The notes under the pieces were generated by a model that had not been told where the DNA came from, made no database searches, and saw only the letters and a program-made list of their open reading frames with translations. From Candidatus Poseidoniaceae archaeon (GTDB taxonomy: Archaea > Thermoplasmatota > Poseidoniia > Poseidoniales > Poseidoniaceae), in the NCBI GenBank assembly GCA_965662895.1, contig CBFIJH010000011.1, positions 1-64,000 on the forward strand: a DNA stretch of 64,000 nt, given 5' to 3'. The position numbers and the translations under genes were made by a program. Numbering within the stretch: the first letter of the stretch is position 1; the number at the start of each line of letters is the position of its first letter. Below are positions 57,702 to 64,000 of this stretch, one piece after another.

Positions 57702-58516
57702 ACCACCTCATAATCTTGAAATTCCTCACGTACAAGAATCATCAGGCCCATGCCACAGAGGATTAAAAACGGTCCAAAAACGATGAATCCACGGCTGAAC
57801 AAAGCAAAACCTGCAAGATATTGTGTTCGTCGATAATTCGTTGCTTTTCGCACACCGTATGCCGCATTGATGCCAGCGACCCCAGCGATGATCGTAATGA
57901 GAGCAATTCCGGTTGAAAGGGCTACGGCATTTTCAAGCGACCATCCGGATGTGTCTTGGGTAAAATCCTCATCAATTGTACCGTTTCCTTTGGTGAGTGT
58001 GAACGGTGCTTGTGTGGTGCTTTCGGGTGTAAACGTTCGTTCAACAGTCACGTACGAGTCGAGTGAAATGCGAAGAATATGGGGTTTTGATGCAACGTTT
58101 TCGAAGTGATAATAGCCATAGGAATTTGTTTCCATCGTTTGTATAACATTGCTCGTTTCTTTATCGATCAGTTCCACAACAACATCCTCAATCGAATCGC
58201 CAGAATCCGATTCCAGAACAATTCCATAGACATCCACGACGCCGTCTTGATTCAGCGTATCATTCAGCAACTCTGCTGGATTGCCTTGCAACAAGAGGAT
58301 TCCAGTGACAATTCCAAGGATGCTTCCAATAAAGATCAACGATGATGCAAGAGCAAGGATTCCGTTGTTTTCCTCGATGAGAAGGAGATCGTCACCTTCC
58401 GTGGTTGAGGCGACGACTTCAGATTCTTGAACGACGAGTTCGTCCTCCTCTTCTTTGCCGGACAATTTTTCACGAACACGTGCACGAAGTGCTTCACGTC
58501 GTTCGTTTATGTCCAT
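57698..58516 (-). CDS. membrane protein with carboxypeptidase-regulatory-like beta-sandwich
   Basis: G.V.....GDSIEDV.V.L......TNSYGYYHF.NV; three to four TM. Confidence 0.7.
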   Translation of the reverse strand: MDINERREALRARVREKLSGKEEEDELVVQESEVVASTTEGDDLLLIEENNGILALASSLIFIGSILGIVTGILLLQGNPAELLNDTLNQDGVVDVYGIVLESDSGDSIEDVVVELIDKETSNVIQTMETNSYGYYHFENVASKPHILRISLDSYVTVERTFTPESTTQAPFTLTKGNGTIDEDFTQDTSGWSLENAVALSTGIALITIIAGVAGINAAYGVRKATNYRRTQYLAGFALFSRGFIVFGPFLILCGMGLMILVREEFQDYEVV

Positions 58517-58583
58517 GATGAAACCCCTTCGAGTGCACAGTGCGCGAAAACGTTCGCTTCCCGCTGTATCCGCGTACGCAGGC

Positions 58584-59723
58584 CTACCGTTTCAAACGCA
58601 CGCTCTCATGGAGGCCCAGAAAAACGAGCGCAATGATGGCAATTAATGAGAAGATTGACCCCGTGACCAAGGGGTGGAACGCTTCAGTGGAGTTTTCAGA
58701 TTCGCTGGGAATGGAAGAGGACTGATTCTGTTCAACATCGAGCCATGAGCCTAAGCGAAGTCCAAGTTCAAGAAGGCGGCCAATGTGGGCGAGCGAATTC
58801 GCGGAGACCTTGTCTGGTGTGTCTTCATGCGTGTGCCAGTAACCTTCCCATTGAGAAGCGTTATCTCCATAACGGATGTCGATGAGATCGATGGCGGGTA
58901 TCCCGACATTAATCATTGGAACGTGATCATCAATCACCCCGTCAGTTTGAGAGAAATTGACAATATCTTGTCCGGGGTTCCCAAAGCAATCTTCGACATT
59001 GTCCAACAATCCAAGAGGGCCTGAGAGGTTTTCAACAGCATTCCACAAACGGTTCCCTTCTTTGTTGTTCTCGTACGGAGGATACGTTCGATAGATTTTC
59101 AAATCTGCATCACCAATCATGTCGACCAGAAGGAAAGCTTCGATACGCTCAATGTCCTCACTCGTTCTGTTTTCTGCCCATGCTTTGGCTCCGAGCATCG
59201 ATGGCACTGGTCCTTGATCCTCTGCATCCGTCAGGAGTATCCAAACCTCATGGTCGAGCCCCATTGTTGGTAGGATTCGAGCCAGTTCCCATAAGACTGC
59301 TACGCCGCTTCCTCCATCGTTTGCACCTGGAATTGGCATGTTCGTCATGTTTGGGTTGGGGTCACGTTCAGCCCGATCTCTTGAGTCATAATGTGCAGCG
59401 AGGACGAGAACGGTGCTGTTCGTTTCTGCATCATTCGGCACGAGACGCCCCTCCAAGTTGGTCAAATTGTATCCGTCTCTTGTGTGCGGGTCGAGGTGCC
59501 AATCAAATTCTGGACGCGTTTCCATGAACCAATCTCGGAGCGCCTTTGATGCGTTGCTGCCAGGTGTCCGGTAACCAAATTCAACTTGAGTTGTGACACT
59601 CTCGTTGGCTCTCTCCCCGTCAAATTGGAGCGATTCGATGGTCGAACATACGTTCTCAGAAGATGCTGCTGGAGCCCATGCTGAGACGAGAAGAAGGATT
59701 GAAAGGAAGCACATTGTTCTCAA
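58584..59723 (-). CDS. M28 family Zn peptidase / glutaminyl cyclase-like, secreted and TM-anchored
   Basis: AHYDSR, GANDGGSGVAVL, DAED, DMIG, DDH.P, YWHT..D. Confidence 0.9.
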   Translation of the reverse strand: MRTMCFLSILLLVSAWAPAASSENVCSTIESLQFDGERANESVTTQVEFGYRTPGSNASKALRDWFMETRPEFDWHLDPHTRDGYNLTNLEGRLVPNDAETNSTVLVLAAHYDSRDRAERDPNPNMTNMPIPGANDGGSGVAVLWELARILPTMGLDHEVWILLTDAEDQGPVPSMLGAKAWAENRTSEDIERIEAFLLVDMIGDADLKIYRTYPPYENNKEGNRLWNAVENLSGPLGLLDNVEDCFGNPGQDIVNFSQTDGVIDDHVPMINVGIPAIDLIDIRYGDNASQWEGYWHTHEDTPDKVSANSLAHIGRLLELGLRLGSWLDVEQNQSSSIPSESENSTEAFHPLVTGSIFSLIAIIALVFLGLHESVRLKR

Positions 59724-59827
59724 TTTTCTGCCTCCTGTTTGATGATGCTACTGACGCGGGGTATTAAATACCTCATTTCAATACAATAAATTACGGTATG
59801 GTATGCCGTTTTCATGAGGTTTTCTTT

Positions 59828-62800
59828 ATGTCTGAACGGCGCTCCATTAAAGCTCTCCTTCTTGTTGGTCTTTTGTTGACGTCTGTACTCACGCACGTCT
59901 CAGCAAACGAAACAGAAATTGAATCTGAAGAAGACGTTGACTCGATTGGTGTTGTCTACGGCGATTTGACCGAATTCGATGTTGCAACAGGCTCAGAATA
60001 TCTCTTGATTGAAGAAAATCAACCTGTCGTCTCAGCAACGACGTTCATCAAACAAGCTTGGATCGATGAAGGTCGTCCCGGCGTGGATGAGATTCGATAT
60101 CAACCCTCAATGGCGCGTTCAACATGTACACAACACGTCGTCGGAGACACGTTGACGGTACCAATTTCGGGCGGTTCAACCAATGTTTACGTCGCCAAAA
60201 CGACGGCGAGTGTTGCATTCCTTGTTCAATCCGGCCGTACGCTCTCCTCAACGGTTCTCCAAAATCTCGCCTCAACATGGGACCAAACCATCTACCCGAC
60301 CATGACGACGTACTTCGGAAAGGACTACCAAGACGGGCGCGGTCTCGCACCTCCGGACAACGACAACAATTGCCAAGTTGAAATTGTCATCTATGATATT
60401 GATGGGGCATTCAACATCGGCGGATATTTCTCGCCTGGAACCGCTGCAACTCGTGAAGTTGTTTACGTTGATTTTGCCGACATAACCCTTGCGTGGGGTA
60501 AATCCATTATCGCCCACGAGTTGCAACATCTTCTCCACAATGCGCAGGACCCGTACGAAAACCTCTGGTTGGATGAAGGAAATGCGGATGTAGCCATCTA
60601 CCTCTGTTTCGGAGCTGATGGAACCCTCGCTGGTCACCTGAATGGGTGGACGCAGCAATCCGATTTGAGCGTTCGATGGTGGAATCAACGAAATGGAGAT
60701 TACGGGGCCGGGTTCATTTTCACAATGTACCTTGCTGATCATCTTGGAGGGGGGCCAGCCGTCCGACAGTTGGTCCAAGACTCCGCAACGGGAGGTCTAG
60801 GTGTCGAGAACTTAGCAGTCTCGCCGGTGTCTGGACAATCTGGCAAGATTGGGCGCACGATGGGAGAGATTTTTGCCAATTTCTCTATTGCAGCGACGAT
60901 TGATTCTGACCAAGGAATTTACGGATTTTCCAACCTTGAATTAAACCCCGCTTGTGGAGGTACAACCTTCTGCCGAATTACGCCAGCTGACACAAATTCG
61001 GATTGGTCCACGCCATGGAGTTCTACTGGACACACCATGGAAGGCTGGGGCATTCGTTCCTTCAAATTCACTCCAGGTGCTGCTTCACCCGCACCGTTGA
61101 CCTTGCGAGTGACGTCGGATGTTTCGAACTTTGACGGAGTTCTGGTCTACAAATCAACGGCTGATGGCCTTTGGTCGACACAAGATTTGGACTTCAGCAA
61201 CAACGTCGCAACAGGACTCATCCAAGGGTTTGGTAATTTGACCGACGAAGTCTATGCGATCGTCTGGTATGCAAGCACTGTCGCAGATTGCGACTACACG
61301 TCCTGCGGCCCATCCTATCCTCAAGGGACCATCGACATCGAAGCAGCGCGAATTACGTCGCCAGCTACAATGATGTTGAACGGGACGGCCCTCGGCGACC
61401 GGGACGGTGATGGATCGGCCGACACGGTGCAAGTCAACTACTCCATTCTCTCAAACGCATTTTTCGAAGATTTGGATGTTGATGCCGTTGTTCGAAACAG
61501 CAACGGGACCGTTGTTGATACCATCTCAACCCGGGTTCAAGCAGGCGGAGGTGTTCATGTTCCGAACAGTGTTTACTTCACTGCAAACAAAGACGATCAG
61601 TACACGGTTCAGTTTACCATGAAAAACATGCTTGGTGCCGTACTTGACACAAAAACCACAGCACCGCAAGCGCTGACGAACATGGCACCTGCAGCAAACG
61701 GTTCGGTATCAACGAACACCAGTCAAACCTATGAGAAGATTCAGTTTACTGGCGATGGGTTTGATGCGTGGGGTTTGTCCTTGGACAACAACACTTTGCC
61801 TTATTTCGATCAACCCATTGCTTATGCCTGGGATTTCGATGACAACATGACATCAGGACTTCGTTCTCCACTCCGATCATTTTCACAAGCAGGTTCGTAC
61901 AACACGACGCTGCGTGTCATGGATGTTGGAGGGACTTGGTCCGATGTAAGTGTCAACCAGATCAACATTACCGACAATTCGGAGCCCATACCCATTATCA
62001 CAGTTAACAACAACGTCGTAACGGACAGACTCGAAATTCTCACCAACCAACGAATTGTGTTCTCTGCTTATCTAACATCAGACAACGTCCCATTGGAATT
62101 CCTCGACTTTGCGTGGGACTGGGGAGATGGAACCTCGGTCGATTCGGGAATTGGGATGTACACCACCAATCATGAATGGGGTGATGTTGTTGGTCCGAAT
62201 CAAACGTACAGTTTGACGTTGACCGTTTCCGACGGCGTTAATGTTGGGCAAAAAGTCATTGAGATTGTCGTCAACAACCGTTTGCCGTACCAAATCTTCT
62301 CCGATGAACTCACCACATTCACCTACACGCCTTTGCTGATGCCAGATGTCTTCACGGATGATGATGGCATGAATCTCTCGCTTAGTTGGAACTTCCCCGA
62401 TGGCGTGAACCTCGATGGTGTTGATGTCGATCGCAGCGATGATTTCTCGACAACGTCGTCTGCTGCGTTGTATCCTTCCCCTGCTTGGAACACGCCGGGC
62501 ATGAAGAACATCACTGTCACGGTGACAGATGAGGATGGAGGTCTTTCGACTGCAGAACTGCGCGTGAATGTCATCAATCAATTGCCCGTTGCGAACTACG
62601 TCGTGAAAGAATCCGGTACAACTGGTGCACCGCAAATTGATTTCCTTGTCTCAGAAGCGCAAGTGAACGTTCCGTACACATTCGATGGTCGAACCAGCTT
62701 TGACATTGATGGTACAACAGGAACGTACAACGATTTGACATTCAACTGGTCCTTCCCGGACGGGACATTTAGCAACAAAACATTGCCTGCCTTTTCGTTC

Positions 62801-64000
62801 ACTGAGCCCGGTGAGCAAACAATCCAACTCGTCGTTACCGATGAGCGTGGGGAACAAAGCGCTCCTAGGGTGATTGTCGTCGTTGTTGCGAATCCTCTCC
62901 CAATTATCGAATTGCAAATTCTGGACGCTTGGGTTGACGGTATGCTGCTGATGGATACCGATGTGTTCCCGGAAAATGGTTTGCCAGATCAATGGTCACG
63001 AACCTTTGATGAGAATGGCGTAAATGTTGCAATACCTGGTGCCATGCTTTACTTTGATTCAAGCGGAACCCGGGATGGTGATCAGAAATTTGAGGGCAAG
63101 TATGTTCCTCTTGAGCAGCAGTCTCCTGATTGGAACGGCCTCTTGGAATACACGTGGGATTTCGGTGACGCAACGCCAATTGTTCACGAGCCAATGCCTT
63201 GGCATTCGTACGAGCGCCCTGGTTTGTACACCGTGAAATTGACCGTTCGTGATGCATTTGGAACCGGAGATGTCACACGTGCGGAGTTCAACATACACAT
63301 CGATTCACCTCCCGATATTCAGGGCATTGATCTTCCCGATGAAATCTTCGAGGACTTTTCCTCTGCAGTCATCGTCAATGTTTCTGATGCTGAGTCTCTC
63401 TCAGACCTTGTGTTCTATAGAGACCTGAACGTTCTCGATGGTTCGAATTCCGATCGTGATGAAACCATTAGCAATGACTTGATGATTGAATGGGAGCAAG
63501 ACATTCTCACCGACCAAGACGAAGATGGTATAGCGGACAATGACTGGTTCACTTCCACAAATACGCTCGTCACGCTCGCTACTGTTGTATGGGATGAACC
63601 TGGTGAAGCAATTTTACGCGTCAAAGTATGCGATGGCATGGATCTTTGTGATATACACGAAATCGATGTCACAATTCTTCCAGAACAGGACGCAGACCCA
63701 TCGCTTTCGGACTTCAGTTTGGACGAGTGGAAGTCGTGGATGTCCGATGCGGGTAGCGATGCACTTGGCTACATTGCTCTTATCATCGCAGCGCTCATCC
63801 TCGGCTGGTTGGTCATGCGCCAGCCCAATGAAATTGAAGAGGAAGCCAAACAGAATGCAGAAACGTACGACGTTGAACACGCTGACGACGGAGGCCTGTT
63901 GGGTATGGATCACCATGCACCACCGCCTGCGCCCAAGATTCTCTCCAAACAAGAACGTCGAAATGATGAGAGCGGCTACATACGGCCGTTACGCCGTCGC
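59828..64000 (+). CDS. large secreted zinc metallopeptidase (HExxH...E, M30-like) with multiple PKD domains and C-terminal TM; stop lies beyond the window
   Basis: ATG 59828 (MSERRSIKALLLVGLL); GYF, IAHELQH at ~60515, WLDEG; PKD motifs AWDFDD, WDWGDG, TWDFGD; TM LGYIALIIAALILGWLV; same frame reads ...GYIRPLRRR at 64000. Confidence 0.88.
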   Translation, partial: MSERRSIKALLLVGLLLTSVLTHVSANETEIESEEDVDSIGVVYGDLTEFDVATGSEYLLIEENQPVVSATTFIKQAWIDEGRPGVDEIRYQPSMARSTCTQHVVGDTLTVPISGGSTNVYVAKTTASVAFLVQSGRTLSSTVLQNLASTWDQTIYPTMTTYFGKDYQDGRGLAPPDNDNNCQVEIVIYDIDGAFNIGGYFSPGTAATREVVYVDFADITLAWGKSIIAHELQHLLHNAQDPYENLWLDEGNADVAIYLCFGADGTLAGHLNGWTQQSDLSVRWWNQRNGDYGAGFIFTMYLADHLGGGPAVRQLVQDSATGGLGVENLAVSPVSGQSGKIGRTMGEIFANFSIAATIDSDQGIYGFSNLELNPACGGTTFCRITPADTNSDWSTPWSSTGHTMEGWGIRSFKFTPGAASPAPLTLRVTSDVSNFDGVLVYKSTADGLWSTQDLDFSNNVATGLIQGFGNLTDEVYAIVWYASTVADCDYTSCGPSYPQGTIDIEAARITSPATMMLNGTALGDRDGDGSADTVQVNYSILSNAFFEDLDVDAVVRNSNGTVVDTISTRVQAGGGVHVPNSVYFTANKDDQYTVQFTMKNMLGAVLDTKTTAPQALTNMAPAANGSVSTNTSQTYEKIQFTGDGFDAWGLSLDNNTLPYFDQPIAYAWDFDDNMTSGLRSPLRSFSQAGSYNTTLRVMDVGGTWSDVSVNQINITDNSEPIPIITVNNNVVTDRLEILTNQRIVFSAYLTSDNVPLEFLDFAWDWGDGTSVDSGIGMYTTNHEWGDVVGPNQTYSLTLTVSDGVNVGQKVIEIVVNNRLPYQIFSDELTTFTYTPLLMPDVFTDDDGMNLSLSWNFPDGVNLDGVDVDRSDDFSTTSSAALYPSPAWNTPGMKNITVTVTDEDGGLSTAELRVNVINQLPVANYVVKESGTTGAPQIDFLVSEAQVNVPYTFDGRTSFDIDGTTGTYNDLTFNWSFPDGTFSNKTLPAFSFTEPGEQTIQLVVTDERGEQSAPRVIVVVVANPLPIIELQILDAWVDGMLLMDTDVFPENGLPDQWSRTFDENGVNVAIPGAMLYFDSSGTRDGDQKFEGKYVPLEQQSPDWNGLLEYTWDFGDATPIVHEPMPWHSYERPGLYTVKLTVRDAFGTGDVTRAEFNIHIDSPPDIQGIDLPDEIFEDFSSAVIVNVSDAESLSDLVFYRDLNVLDGSNSDRDETISNDLMIEWEQDILTDQDEDGIADNDWFTSTNTLVTLATVVWDEPGEAILRVKVCDGMDLCDIHEIDVTILPEQDADPSLSDFSLDEWKSWMSDAGSDALGYIALIIAALILGWLVMRQPNEIEEEAKQNAETYDVEHADDGGLLGMDHHAPPPAPKILSKQERRNDESGYIRPLRRR

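Noticed and set aside
59828-64000. Apparent gene-poor region with many short ORFs
   Set aside because: Explained by one long plus-strand ORF that lacks a stop inside the window

Overview
This is an archaeal chromosomal segment, mostly housekeeping. It is most consistent with a Marine Group II (Ca. Poseidoniales, Thermoplasmatota) euryarchaeon. That assignment is inferred from gene content: RpoK, S6e, aIF2-gamma, Dph2, Orc1/Cdc6, the A-type ATP synthase operon atpHIKECFABD, class II HMG-CoA reductase, heme A synthesis genes and large acidic membrane-anchored PKD/CARDB-type proteins. The window also holds tRNA-Ser(GCT), smc-scpA-scpB, nadB, panE, tmk, several peptidases, and a ~4.2 kb metallopeptidase-PKD ORF that runs off the right edge and is missing from the ORF track. 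No CRISPR array, integrase or transposase was seen. Best leads: (1) a 216-bp divergent intergenic region with stacked dyad symmetry (a 3+3 TAACG/CGTTA array plus two further inverted repeats) in front of an operon encoding an AAA+/acidic linker/winged-helix protein, a beta-propeller protein and DUF357; (2) a pilin-like lamin-tail protein co-encoded with one active and two degenerate KaiC-like proteins; (3) several degenerate or re-wired proteins, namely a pseudo site-2 protease, an H-protein without the canonical lipoyl Lys, a membrane-tethered Smr-like domain, a Tmk-wHTH fusion, an EF-hand pair protein, a minimal SerK-like protein and a class II CCA enzyme. All family calls come from motif recognition by eye, and no database search was run.
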